From NCBI RefSeq assembly GCF_000981445.1, contig NC_027217.1, forward strand, positions 2,728,001 to 2,792,000: a stretch of 64,000 nt of DNA, read 5' to 3'. Under the pieces are notes generated by a model. The model was not told the DNA's origin, searched no databases, and worked only from the letters and a program-made list of their open reading frames with translations. Positions 34,172 through 47,400 of this stretch are shown one piece after another (positions within the stretch are counted from its first letter, which is position 1; each line of letters starts with the position of its first letter). Both the position numbers and the translations under genes were made by a program. This DNA comes from Babesia bigemina. Taxonomy: Eukaryota.

Positions 34172-37100
34172 TCAGTGGCGGCCTCGGCCGCGGCTGGGTC
34201 GTCCTGTGCGCTTGAACTTCCGGTGGTGATTGAACTTCTTCGGCCTGGGCACATGTGACGCTACACCGGGTCAAAACTAACGGGTTAACCAGATACTTCT
34301 TCATGCTATCGCTGCAGAACACGCAGCCCTCCAGCGGAGTGCCGTCCTTCAGCTCGAACTTAGCGTAGTGGCTGCCGCACGTCTCGCACTCCGAGTCGGG
34401 AACGATTGAGATTTCTGATCAACCGGTTTACACGTAAAAGGCGCGTTAAACGTACTCTTGGCATTGTCTGAGACGTGCAGTTTGTACGCGCAGACGGTGC
34501 AGAAGAACCTCCAGTTGGGTGCGCCATTAATGACGTCCAGGACCAACTTCCCCTCACATTCCTCGGGGCAGCACGTCAGAACCACAGACCTAGGACCATT
34601 CGCACATGTAGGGTGCGCACAATCGATGCAGTTCATGCCTGAAAAAAGTTGTTGGCGCCGCTGAGGGGCTAACCTTTTTTGCCGAAATCCTCGAAGGGGG
34701 GGTCGTTGTAGCACAGCGGACACAGCGAGAAAGCGCGGCTGCGACTCTGGAATTGGACCAACTCGAAGTTGTCCAGAGGGCACTTCAGACCCTTGTACAA
34801 GCGGATGGTGCCGCCGCTTGGCAGCGAGTACTCTCGCGAGCAGTTCCTGCAAAACAGACGCATCGGCGCCTTGTTAAGGAACAGCATGTAACGGTTGCAG
34901 ATGCCGCAGCGACTCATGGGCGTCCCAAAATTTTCCACGCGAGTGAAATGGGTCTCAAACAGAGAGTTCATCAACTCGATCTGACGCACGTGCGTGACAT
35001 TGCGAAGTTAACCAACCTTGCTCGTGTAATACTCGAATTTCAGACGGAACATGCGGCAGACATGGCGAATCACATCGGCGCATTCGGCCTTGCCTAAGGG
35101 CGATTGAACAGTGCAGAATCACGCTACCAACCTTCGGCGATCATGTTGCAGTAACTCTCGATGGTGGCACGCACGCTCGGAAGCACGAGCTCGGGGTCTA
35201 TCTGCATGTAGCCGTCCAGTAGCGATTTGCCGAGCTTAGTGGGCTCAACTTGACGGTTACCGACCAGCTTCACGAAGTTACGAGCTATGATGTTGTGAAC
35301 GTGGGTGGCCATGGAGGCGTCAGTGCCGATGCCCTTCTTCTCCATGGAGTCAAGCAAATCGGACTCCGACAGCAGCGGTGGAGGTGACGTGACGCCTTCC
35401 TGTGACACGTGTAGCGTTAACGAAATGCTAAAACGGCTTACCTCTATGCTGAAGTTCGCCACCTCGCACTTGTCGCCCTTGGCAAGCGACACCGTGCTCA
35501 CTACATTATCATCCGATGAAGGCGATACGATGGTGTAGCCGCGTTCCAGCTTCCTAGACGTGCTGAACTGGAACAACTCATCGTTCACGTTAATAGTGTA
35601 CGTAGTGGTCTCCACCTTGCATGGCCCGGCAATCGACGCCAGGAAGTGACGAACGATCAGGTCATACAAACGCCAGTCGTCGCCGGTCAACACGCCCTGA
35701 GATACGAGACGCACGGGAGTTATAGGAGGGTGGTCTCCGGCGTCACGCCCACCGTGAGGTCCCAACGGAGTGCCAGACTGAACATTGGTGAAAGCACAAC
35801 GGTAGCGCAAACCTTCATGAGAGTTTCCACCAAATTGCCGTACTCAGGAGTTGATCGGCATTTGCGCACCAGATCTTCCCAGTTGAACGAAGTAGGGTAG
35901 CTGTCAGTCTCAGTCCTGGGGTACGAAGTGTAACCAGACAAATACAGGTGCTCAGCGGTGTGCATGGCACGCTGCGGCCCCATGCCCAAACGCGATGACG
36001 CTTCCTTCAGCATGGTCACAGTATTCAGCGCCTTTGGTGGAGAGTGGCTTGACTTTTTCACGCTCACGGCGGTGACCTTGCCGTGAGTGGCGTCCCGTAA
36101 CTGCTCAAGTGTCACGGACGGATGAATGCCACATACCGCCTTGTGAAAAATCTGGATTACAGACTTGTCGAACACGTGACCTCGAGACCACGTGAGCCGT
36201 ACCCTTGTACCTTTGCACAACGCCTCTCCGGTGAGCTTGTGCATGGATCAGAACAACGCATTCACAGACATACCTTGTAATACGGCTCAGGCTGGAACCT
36301 CAGTATCGCGTTGTAGCGGTCAACGCAAAAGAATAGCGTAGGGGTCTGGCACGGGCCATACGATATGCAGGACGAGTCCAAATCGCCATACTTCTCCTGC
36401 AGACAGTTAGGGTCAGATGCACCCAACTACCTGGAAGAACTTCGTCTGGTAACGCGTGAATGCGCAGCCCACTCGCAGGTCGATTATCTGCCGGGCGTGT
36501 ACTGCGTCAGACTCAAGCTTGTTAGGCGCGCCTAAGCTGCCCATTGCGCGCAGAATATCATCTTTGCTCAGAGCAGAGAATCTGGCGCGGTAAATCTGAC
36601 CGCGGAGTGTACGCCTCAAAGAAATGAACCAACCTGCTTACGGCCCAAATCAACCAGATGCGGACGGCATATGCCGATGACCTCGAAGGCGATGTTCTCC
36701 CCTTCCCTGTCATTGTCTAGGCATAACAGCAGGTAGCTGCAGCCCTTAGCTTCGTAAGCCAGGTGCTGCGGAATGTGATTCTCGGGAGTCGCCTCCTCAA
36801 ACACAATATCCGCATCAAACAAATCCAACGGGTCAGTTGACGACCAGTTGTTGTAGCGCGAAGCGAAGGCCGCGGAGTAGACATGACCTGCTGTCGAAGT
36901 CACCACGAAGTCGGCCGCTGAAGACAAGAAGCGACCTCGACATTCCCATGTCATGCAAGCGTTCGATTTCTGATCAATGATTAGTTTCGTAACATATTTA
37001 ATATCGTGCATATCTTATGAGAATTCCGTGCAAAAAAGATAACGCCATTCGACATGAAACAAATAAAAGGCAGTCAACGCAATTAAGCAGAATCCGATAT

Positions 37101-37375
37101 GCATGAAAAATGCCTACAACACTGCGCCATTAAACGTTATCATACAACGCACTGAGCAGATGGCCAGCTTGCAATAGAGTACATTCCAAAGGCGATAAGA
37201 ATACGGAATATATGCTGCTCCCAGGTGAGCGGAGAAGACCAGAGCACGTCGGCTGTCACGTAATACTTACCCCTTTGCGTTTACGCAGAGAATCGCCGTC
37301 GGTGCACAGACTGCTGGCAAGCACCTCGGCAATCTTGGGCTTCTCAGCCACTACCAATACCTTAGGTATAGCCAT
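34172..37375 (-). CDS. TOP3B: DNA/RNA topoisomerase III beta (multi-exon; 301-nt first intron at 36970-37270)
   Basis: [34 protein letters not shown], catalytic [25 protein letters not shown]-terminal Zn ribbons ([20 protein letters not shown]) and an Arg/Gly-rich tail. Confidence 0.93.
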
Positions 37376-38060
37376 GGCGACTGATACTGGGCAACCTGCT
37401 GGCTGATAGCTTCGGGCGAATCAGACCATTTTGTATACAACAGTACAAACAAATTGTGAGGTGTCGGCTAAGATTGCCAGTTTTTAACCGGGATTTGAAC
37501 TCGTAGACAAACACGATACGGGGCGTCTTTCGACACGCCACCGTTTTTTACAAAAGGCGCAAATGCCAAAAATAGTAGTGTACGAATAACCTACAACACG
37601 CAGGGCCTTGTGCCAAACTGATGTGCGCTAACGAGGAACAAGCGAGCAAGCTGCAACGGTGCACATCCTAAGGCGACTACCATACAGGGCAATAAAGACG
37701 AAAAGCGCCACCTTCTACAGCATTCTTTCGTAAACGTGCCTGGTGATTTTGTTTTTAATAAGAACGCGTCATTTTATTACAGTAGGCAGTGGTAAACCAA
37801 CGCCCTTGGGCATTCATGACGCTCATGGAACACACATATCGTGTGACCGTAGCGCGCTACACAGTCGAACAATAGACAGAATCGGCGTATATATATTTGT
37901 TAGAGGCGTGCGTTGAGCGATGTATGGCTCAAACAGAGTCTGTTAAAATACAGTAGTCGAACTTACTGGTCACTTGCAACGAGTAGCTTGCCCAAGCTTA
38001 TTGCATTGCTAAAAATGTCTATCCTATAGGACTTGCAACTACACTACATATGTTACAAAG

Positions 38061-38602
38061 ATGACGGACGGCTTTCTGGACATAGACACGCGAACACAAA
38101 TACCGCGGTACGTTTATTGCCACATTACGCTCAACAATACCCTGGATAATGCTAATATACGGCGGCAGGTTGTGCAATTACGAAATGCTGAGGAATCGTA
38201 TCGGAAGCACGGTTCGAGTGGTGGGAAGGATCATCTCCATTGACAAGAATAACCTTGTCATACAAACGCCAGATGGTTTGTCATAGTCCCAACGTTTGAA
38301 CAAATACTGACAGGAGCTAAAGTGCTATGCGCCCTTAACCAACAGTCGAACTTCCAAACCATGCAGGTTGTGGAGATATATGCTGTCGTAAGTCCCTATT
38401 CACTGTTAGACATGTTCTGTAGGTGCTTCTAGACACAAGGCAAAGAGGCAACACCATATATCTCCAGCAATACGGGCAGATGCACAAGTGGGACGACTCG
38501 ACTAACATGGAGCATTTGAATGCCGCCATAGTTCTTACCAATCATCCAAGAATTGCCAAATATCTGAAGTACCCCGGTGATCACACCGCTGCATATCAAT
38601 AA
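38061..38602 (+). CDS. RPA3: Replication protein A 14-kDa subunit (OB fold); 4 exons, 135 aa; missed by the ORF track
   Basis: Exons 38061-38107, 38169-38275, 38314-38387 and 38423-38602 with GT-AG introns give ...IPRLCNYEMLRNRIGSTVRVVGRIISIDKNNLVIQTPDGAKV...VVEIYAVV...NMEHLNAAIVLTNHPRIAKYL, the RPA14 pattern. Confidence 0.8.
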
Positions 38603-38675
38603 TCGCAACGAACATAACCGCAATAAGTGGCGAAGGCAACACGGCACAGCACCGATTCCTCTGGTGGACAAACAA

Positions 38676-39016
38676 ATGAATAATGAAGTTGCTTATCGTA
38701 AATTGAATGTAGTATTGGAGACGTGCACTTTATCATGCCACCCATTCAGAACATAGGGGCGACGAAAACTTATGTACGGTCATCTTTCCAACAATATTTT
38801 GGGGATTTAATTACAGCAGCAGGAATCTATAAACGTTATGTCTTATCTTATGACCTGGTTAACTGCGTCGAATAGTATTATAGACGGTACCGCGGCATCT
38901 CAGAACGCATAGAAGCCCATAAACAACGGGAAGATATCCGAGAAACGGATGAAATGGTGATGATGGGGGTGGAATCCACAGATGATTATTGTTCTGTCAA
39001 TGACGCTCGCTTCTAG
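38676..39016 (+). CDS. Candidate 75-aa micro-exon protein of unknown function
   Basis: Exons 38676-38722, 38757-38778, 38817-38834 and 38876-39016 are separated by 34, 38 and 41-nt GT-AG introns and splice in frame; donor sites are weak. Confidence 0.42.
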
Positions 39017-39240
39017 ACAAGATGGATAACATCAGTTACGATCAACGACAGCACAACGTGAAACCAGCAGACAACGCCAACACCGTGCGCAGGTAGCCAG
39101 GACACTATGTGCGTAAAGTGGAATCTCAAACACGCAATATATTTCAGGGTACCACTCAAACTGTAAAGAGGAGGCATGAAATGATGATTGGCTCTACTAC
39201 ATTTACATGCCTTTGTTGCGATATTAAAACCCTACGCGTT

Positions 39241-40353
39241 CTACGACAAGCCAGGGTATGTTCCTGGGCTGATGACGGAGTAGCGGTCAATGTGACTCTC
39301 CTCGGGAATTCTGTCACCGACGAGATTACTCGGGGATCTACCGGAATGCACAGGCGAGCTGGCAAATGCGGCACGTATTTTAGTCATTATTGCGCGGAAC
39401 TTCTCGGGAAATATGGCCCGCATGACAAACAAGGATGCTAGAATAATCAAACCGATGACTACAACACGTATCCATATCATGCATCTGTCCTGGTCGCACA
39501 GTCTGCCGCAGTTGGTGCACTTGAAGCGGCATTTGCCGATGACGTAGGAGTGCATCTGATCGTTGCCGCCGACTGCAACTTGTTTGCCGTCCTTGCCGTA
39601 GTACTTGCCACAGGCATTGCAGTTGCATTCGCATTCGCAGGTGCAGGTGTCTTTAGTGGATTTGCTACATATCCCTCGTTGGCCGTTAAATACGCCGCCC
39701 CTTTTTTGGTCGCATAAGATTCTGGGGCACTGATTTCCACACTTGCATAAGCACTCGCATAAGCCTGCTCGCTTATCTATACCCATTTTTTCGCACATGC
39801 ATGTGACTTTGGAGCAATCACCGGGCGTTTGTTGGCACTTGCCTCTGGGGCAGTTCGTGTCATGTATTTCCTCGCTGTCGCAATCCCCATGCTCACCACA
39901 TGTGGTGTCGGGATTACACCACCTACAGCACTGACAATTCACTCCGTTGCATCCACAGTTACAGAGATTGCATATACATTCCTCACCCGGTTCTAGATTT
40001 TTGCATCTTTTTTGGCACATATCGCATGGTTTATCTTGATCAGTGCACCGCTTGTTTTGCTTAAACGCCCCTTCACATCCACATCCACAGATACTACATT
40101 TGCATTTTTCGCCAACTTTCACACTTTTGCACAATGATACACAGCTCGGACAACCGGAATCCTTGCACTGCTTGCCTTCCTTAATAGCCGACTTACATCC
40201 GCAGTTACAATCATTACATTCGCATTCCTGCTTTTCTTTGCACTTCTTTATCTCGCAACGTTTGCAATCCTTAGGACAGCATAGACTTCCTTCTTTTACA
40301 TGGCATGGTTGACCACATCCACAGCACGACGTCGACCCCTCCATCTCCGCCAT
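39241..40353 (-). CDS. Cys/Lys-rich membrane protein (about 60 Cys, C-terminal TM helix)
   Basis: Intronless 370-aa ORF with repeated CxCxxCxCGC modules, TM segment MIWIRVVVIGLIILASLFVM and a short tail; no signal peptide. Confidence 0.85.
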   Translation of the reverse strand: MAEMEGSTSCCGCGQPCHVKEGSLCCPKDCKRCEIKKCKEKQECECNDCNCGCKSAIKEGKQCKDSGCPSCVSLCKSVKVGEKCKCSICGCGCEGAFKQNKRCTDQDKPCDMCQKRCKNLEPGEECICNLCNCGCNGVNCQCCRWCNPDTTCGEHGDCDSEEIHDTNCPRGKCQQTPGDCSKVTCMCEKMGIDKRAGLCECLCKCGNQCPRILCDQKRGGVFNGQRGICSKSTKDTCTCECECNCNACGKYYGKDGKQVAVGGNDQMHSYVIGKCRFKCTNCGRLCDQDRCMIWIRVVVIGLIILASLFVMRAIFPEKFRAIMTKIRAAFASSPVHSGRSPSNLVGDRIPEESHIDRYSVISPGTYPGLS

Positions 40354-41495
40354 CCTCCCCTGACTTCATTCACACGCCATCCAGCGCAACAGGTAATACT
40401 TTTCAAGGTTCGGCCATATGTGAAACATCTCAGTTATACAGCGATTTGATTCGCACGTGCAAAGCGCTGTATATCTATTACCTTTGCAAGTGTGGTCGGA
40501 TATCCCGCAACGCCGACACGCTGCGAGAGTCCACAACCACGCCACTCGTTGACGATTCAAATTTTACGCATAATTGTTATTATGTTATACATAGATATGT
40601 GTCGTCCAACCACACAGGACAAACCACCACAATCATTTTCCATTCATCATGCGATGGCTGAGCTACAACCTGCCACGCTATTCATAAACTGCCGTGTTTT
40701 TGTGCTAGCTATCGTAAGATACTAGATGTAAAATGGATATAACAAGTGTCACGGTGGAATCCACGTGATTACTTGCCAACGTTCTTAACACGTCGATCAG
40801 TGTCGTGGCCAGGACATGAGTGACATTTCGCCAATGTTCTAGTTTGCCTCTGGTATCGCCAGCATTACAAAAGTGTGGGTAATAAATTATTGGCATCCGG
40901 TGTTAAGATAGTACCCATTTAACGCCGATGTGTGTAACCAAACACCTTGTATCCTAGCCAACGCGACACACCGCCTCTGACTCCAACCACTCCGTTTCAA
41001 TGGCAATGCATGATCACTGAAGTCGAGCTACATAATGTGTTAGGTTGTGAGTCAGATGTGTTATGTTACGAGTGAGATTAGACGAGGTAGATAAGCAAGC
41101 TCGACAACATGCGCCGCGGCCAGTTGCAACTACACATATACGTTGTAAGCAATGGAACAATAGTTCACTAGCAGCAGTAGCGGACACATTACCACGTCCC
41201 AATTAGCATCCTTAAAAAAGCGCCACATGTGGAGATGCAGGTACGTATCCCGTACGGCCAGCTGTGAAGCGGGATGAAACACTGCTCCGGCAACAGTCGG
41301 CGTTCTCTACCAGCCAATACCCATGGTAATGCTGATTCAGGAGGCCTAAGTTTGTAGGCTATCACTTGACTGTGCAGACTGTAAGCTTCCAACAACCTAA
41401 TGCGGCGACCAGCCTGGTTGTGCTTCATCATGGCTCAGCCATTCCACACCATAACTACGCAGCTGTTATCGTAGGCTAATACACTACGACGATTA

Positions 41496-44400
41496 TTAAT
41501 AAATTCTGTTCCATGCGTGAGCGAGTGCTTCGTCGTCGAAGTACTTGATGTCGTACAGCGATGGCATTTTTGTGCCGTGAGCGAGTAATGCCTTGACATC
41601 GATGACATGAGACCCTCTCGATGGCATGAAGTGAGATCGTACGCGCAGCACGTCCAAGCGGTAAAGCGTAGTATGGGACAAGAGGATCAATGCGACAGAC
41701 CAGAACGTAAAGCCGAGAAAGATGAATGGCCTTCGAATGCCATAGAGGAACGCGTCCATACATGTCAGAAGCTTTCCGACAGGTCCGCCGGAGACAACTT
41801 CCTCCAACTTCCCGACGATGTCCGAACATTTCACAAGTGATAGTGACATGCCCCGCGGCGGAGTGAACCCGTGAAAGTAGAGGTAAGAGCATGCGTCACG
41901 ACAGTGATAGATTGACGCGCACTTGGAATACTCGTGCCTCTTGATATCGTAACGCAGCCTTTCCAGTGATTCTTGGAGTATATCCGCCAGGTACACCGTC
42001 CAGCTCAGATACGAATGGGCAAAGCACGGCGAGTAGATGGCGTACGCCCGGTACGTGATGGGCCAGAGAAGTTGCACGCATTGCGAATCATCAATGGCGC
42101 AGCCGAGTAGGGTGGACATCGTATCCGCATGGTCGTGCTCAGAAGCGTTGGAACCTCGAAGCTCCCGGGCGGCGTCGAGGTCGGTACCATCGAGATGGTC
42201 CCAGTTGGGGCAGTTGTCGTGCGAAGTGGAGAGCGCGGCACCCAAGGGTGACAGTGCATCCTCATTGTTCTGGTGCAGCTCATTCCCGAAATGGTGAAAA
42301 AACGAGACAAGCTCACCGGTGGTTCGTGGCGTGCGTCGGGTGATGCAGTTGAGATAAGCGGATAACGTCAGCAGGGGATCATCACCGCTGAAGGATGCCG
42401 ACAGGATGTAAGAGAGGTAGCTGCCACTTTTAGCGGTCTTAGAAAAGATATCCTTCCTGAATCCCATCCTGATGCGGCACTTCAGGCACACGTCGCACGG
42501 GTTGAAGAGGTGTGTCTCGAACTTGGAATTCCAGTCGTCGGTTAGGAACGCCTGGATGGGGGAGTCCTCACCGACATCCAGGCCAAACTGGCTAGTCAGC
42601 CACCCGCCATCTAGTTTATCCCGTGCACATTGCGACTTCACGAAAGTCAATTGATGATGACAGGCATAGACATAGTCCCGCAAACGGCAAAGGAGTGCGC
42701 AGCCATCGGAGCCTTGATCTTGGTCTGTATCCTCAGCATTAGCAGTTGACGACGGCATCCGTTGTCTCCACTCGGGCTCAATGGCGGAGAGCACGGAGCA
42801 TGAAAACATGGAGGCCATTTTGAGGGCGTCGATTACATTTTCAGTCGTGATTTTGGAATTGTTGACGCAAAGCTTAGAATTTGCCGTTGTGGCACCTGGG
42901 ACGGTTCCGAGAGCCTCGTTGATGCACTTCTCCAGGACCTGCAGATGCTTTGGGTTTCGAATTCCGACAAGCCAGCGAAGCATATCCCGCACAGTGCGAG
43001 GAGGCACCAAAGGGAACAACTCAGTCTCGGGGATGTCGGATAAATCGTTCGTAGGTATCTCGGTCGTCCATGCAGGAAGGCAGAAGTCGACGGTTGCAGT
43101 CGTTTTGACATCCTGTGCAGAGCCCTCGGGCAAAGGGACGTGTTGAGGCGGGCCCAGGTAGTTATCATAAGGTAACACTGGATCGATAAGTTCAACTGGC
43201 ATGTGGGAGGGTTTCAGCAAATCACTTTGAAAGCTCTTGGCTTTGTAAACCTGTTCAACTTCAAAATCAACGAGTGGTTGAGGCGGCGGGGCAGATGGTG
43301 ACTTGATTGGGGGAGGGGGCACCCAGGAAATTTTAGGTATATCATTATGAATGGGAGGCGCCTCCCGTTTCTGCCTTGAATGACGCTTCATATTGAATTC
43401 TATGGGATCAGCCGGCTTTACCGTATTCCTTGGCAACCTGGGCTGCTTTATCGGGTAGCCCACTGCAACTCCAATATGAGGGAATTCTGTGGGCAAAGTG
43501 TTACCCGATAGACCCCTAGCGTTTGGTGCTACAATGCCGGTAAATGGGTCGCTGACATTTTGCATATATGTTTTGTGCCTCTCTTCTTCGTCCTTTTTAT
43601 AACGCTCAACCGCTTCTTTTTGGAGCTTCGTCCTTTCCTCCCTATCTCGTTGTGCTTTCAAACGAAGTGACTCCATATGACGTGCATTATGCAGGTCTAT
43701 TAGGTCCTTTTGTCTTTGCTGCTCCGTATCACTGTCGTTTCCCACGACTTCACCATCCACGGCAAAACCACTCGGCTCCGGAATGGGAAGGTGCATGTAT
43801 GGAACATAATTGGTTTTATACGGCTGTAAATGACGTAAATAATCCTGTAAACCTTTTTGCTGTTTAAGATCTGCCTCAGCTTGCTTTTTAAGCGCTTCTT
43901 CCTCTTTGGTTTTTAGTTGTTTCCATTTCTCTTTCAAATCAGCCTTATAATCCCAACCATCGGGCTTCCACCAAAGATCGCCATTCACTACTCGCTCACC
44001 AACCCCTATATTGTCTCTGACGATTGCGTTACTAGAACGCGTTGGTTCAGGTGGTGCAGATAGTTTATTGCCGAAATGGGAAGACGACGAGCCAGTCTGA
44101 CCTACGTCAGCACTCAAACCAAGTACACCAGAATGCACAGCGTCTGCACGTTTATCACTTGCATCTTCGAGATTTGTGGTGTCTTGAGAGGGAAGACGCT
44201 GTGAATTTAACATATTTGCTCCCACTGAATCTGCACCTTGGACAACTGGTTGGCCAGGCAGAAGAGAGAGCGAAGAGTCTGAACGTTCAGCGCCTAAAGG
44301 CGGAAAATGTGCATCGCTTAATGATGTATTGGGTTTGAGCCTAGAAGCACTGTATTGTGAATCATCGCCCGATGCTCCTGCCGCACCTCCATCCACTCCC

Positions 44401-47400
44401 ACAGGTATCACTTCACCTGAGAAAGAAGACAGGGTAGCAGATGGCTGGTCGCCGCCAGGCTCAGTGACCTCCGTGATTTTCCGCGGAAATCCTCCATTAG
44501 ATTGGCCAATGGCAGAAGACGCAGGGTCACCCAGAACCTGGGTACCACCGAGGTCACCCGTTAGAACAGATGACAAAGGGCCTGAACTTGAAGCATCCTT
44601 AATTTGCAACTGTTCAGCTTTCTGCAATTCACCGGGATGTTGACCTGTAGAAACATGCCCTATTGAATCCGCAGCCTGGGCCTTTGACGAATCGCCACCC
44701 CCTCCACCGGCCTCATCATCCTCATCCTCAGTGGACAAGGAATCTAAATTCGCAGGAGGGATGCCTGCTCTACCAAAACGTAATGGCTCGCCATTTTGCA
44801 TGGTAAGGGCAGATGGCGTGTTGCCCCCTGCCACCTTCTCACCAACGGAAGGATGGACACCAGATAGGGGAGAACCTTGACCACTAACATTCACAGAGAG
44901 CGTATGCGCAGCAGCTGGTGACACACCGGGCTGCGCTCTGTTTTTAACATCACCTTGTAATTCGACACCGTGGTTATTCGGTTTACCAGCGGAGCCGGGA
45001 GACCTGGGTGTGAGATTGGAGGGGGAAGGCCCTCGCGATATTGGGCTGGGCTTTAACTCCACAGGTTCTCGAACGTTTATAATCTGACCCTTTGAACGCT
45101 GAACGTTCGCCGCTGCATCATATGGCTGGACCAGGGTAGCAGGTGGAGCAGCCGGCGGGATTTGCAGTGAATCACCGATGCCATTTTCCCCACCCGATAC
45201 ACTCCCTTCATTCTGCTGTTGGTTTACATCCGGGATACCCTGCTTTGGTTCGGCCTCTGATTCGGGTTTGGAGCCTGTACCGCCTTGTCGAATGGTGTCA
45301 GAAGTAATCAGCTGCACAGACGGCCCCTTTGGAGTTTGGGTATTTAAAACGGAATTCTCATTGTCCGGAAAACGACTGGAGATAGGCATAACACTTGAAA
45401 CGGAAGAATCACCACCGCGTTGGCTTGCCGTCTCACGCAAACCGTCACCACTGCTGTTATCCCTGGTACTGCTAGGGGCAATCGCAGCAGGGTCTCGTTG
45501 TGCAATAGTTGCAGCACGAGTACCTTCAGAGTCTCCAAATGCGTCACTATTTGGGGCAGAGGCAGACTTGCCTGATAAAGTCGGATTCGTGCTGCGTTGC
45601 CGGCCAGGATTGAGGGTGAAGGAAGGTTCTGAAGGTGAAAGAACTATCCCGGTGGAACGTAACATGTTTGCAACGCCACCTTGCTGTTCTTCTGTATTAA
45701 CTCTGCCCCTTGTGTTTACATCCTGCTTCCGATCCGTCACGCCGTCGCCTCCATCGGCTCCAACGACATCTGAAGCAGACGCCGGTTCGATGGACGGCGT
45801 GACAACGGTACCAGACGCAACACCTTTATCATCCGGAGAACGTTTAAGAGCCTGTGGAATAGGTTTAGTAGGAAACGTCTGCTCAGTTGTGCGCGGGTGA
45901 TTGACGTCAGCAGGGCTATCGGACGACCGAGTGTCAGGAATTCTGGTACCTGAATCTGGTTGCTGCACGGCACTCGACACGCCTATTCCACGTTTAACAG
46001 TAGAGTGCTCGTCGTTTAAATGCGTACCCTCAGCACCTTGCTTGGCATCCTGGCTGACAGCAACAATAGGTGCTGGGGTAGAAGTTTTTTCCAGTCGGGG
46101 GCTGCTTCTTTGGATCTCAGCAAGCGCTTTACGTTCGACCGACATTGGAGCATCTCTCCTAAGTGCTGCATATGAAGACTCAGAAGGCGCCGCAGCGATT
46201 GCGTCCGTTCCGTGTGTATTATCACTTGCAGATTGTCCACGAGATGGCAAAGATTCTGAACTTGTAAGCTTAGCTAGCTTAGGAGTGTCTCCGCTTGACG
46301 CTGTAGCGATCTGTTTGGCTGGAACCACAGGACTCTTTGAATCCCCGGCTCCACCTGCCGACCGCGCATCTCCATCACCGCTGCCAACGCGTATATTGGA
46401 ACCAGGAATAGCAGGTGTTGTCACCTTCGGAGCTGTTGGAGTGCCCAGCGAATCGTTAACATGTTGAGGAGCAGAGGGAGAACCTGCCATACCACTACCA
46501 CCGGAGCCTGGCTTCTGAACAGCGTGATCCGGAGCATGCGTGACGCCTGAAGTGGAACGAAGTTTTGAATCGCCAGAAACATGGGTATTGGCCGTAATAC
46601 TCAGGGTCTCTGGAAGCTCTCCACCCACTACCTGGCTTGATTCGCTACTTGATCCAGAAGTTTGGGAAGAGGATGAGTGGCCAACGCCATCGGTTCTATC
46701 GCTTTGACCAGCCTGAGATGCTTGAGTGCGTTGTTGAACATAAGCATCAGACATCAATTTATCGGAATTAGGACTACCCAATGCCCCTTTGTTTCTCACA
46801 TTTAACCCAGCTCCACCACTCGCTTGACGAGATGCCGAGACAGGTTGAATAACATGAGATGAGGCGTTGCTGGAGTCTCCGGTGGTTATCGGGGTACGTG
46901 CTGACGAAAGCGCCTGTACAACCCGGTGGTTATCACGACTTGAATCAGATGACTTCGAACGAGATGCCGAAGCAGACGGACCAGATTTTCCTCCTTTAAC
47001 AGTGGAACCATCTTGATCACTCCGGCTAGTGACAGAAACGGTGTTAACCGTGTTCGGCACACCTTTAGCAGAAGAAATAACAGCTGAAGAGTCTGGAGAT
47101 GAAATACTTGCAGCTTTCGTAGGTTCAGACTCTGCAGAGACGCCAAGCAGTGAAGTTGGAGATCCAGAGGGCAAAGAGGCCTTGCCCTGGGCAATTGAAT
47201 CCTTGGGAGGTCCGGTGTGTACCTGAGAGCTAGAGATATGTCCAACATGGTCCGTAGAGCCTATATCAGCGTGCGTCTGGGGCGCAAGTGCCGATACCAC
47301 CTTTGCCTTCCCACCACTGTCCACACCTCCTACATTGCTTCCACTGCCACGCGGCGCAGCACTTGGTCTACTAGGGCTCCTAGTAGTGGTTGTTTCAACG

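Noticed and set aside
36970..37270. 301-nt TOP3B intron as another ncRNA host; contains a U5-loop-like GCCTTTTA
   Set aside because: Short hairpins are present, but I found no correctly placed H/ACA or C/D boxes and no U5 stem or Sm site. Still worth an Infernal scan.
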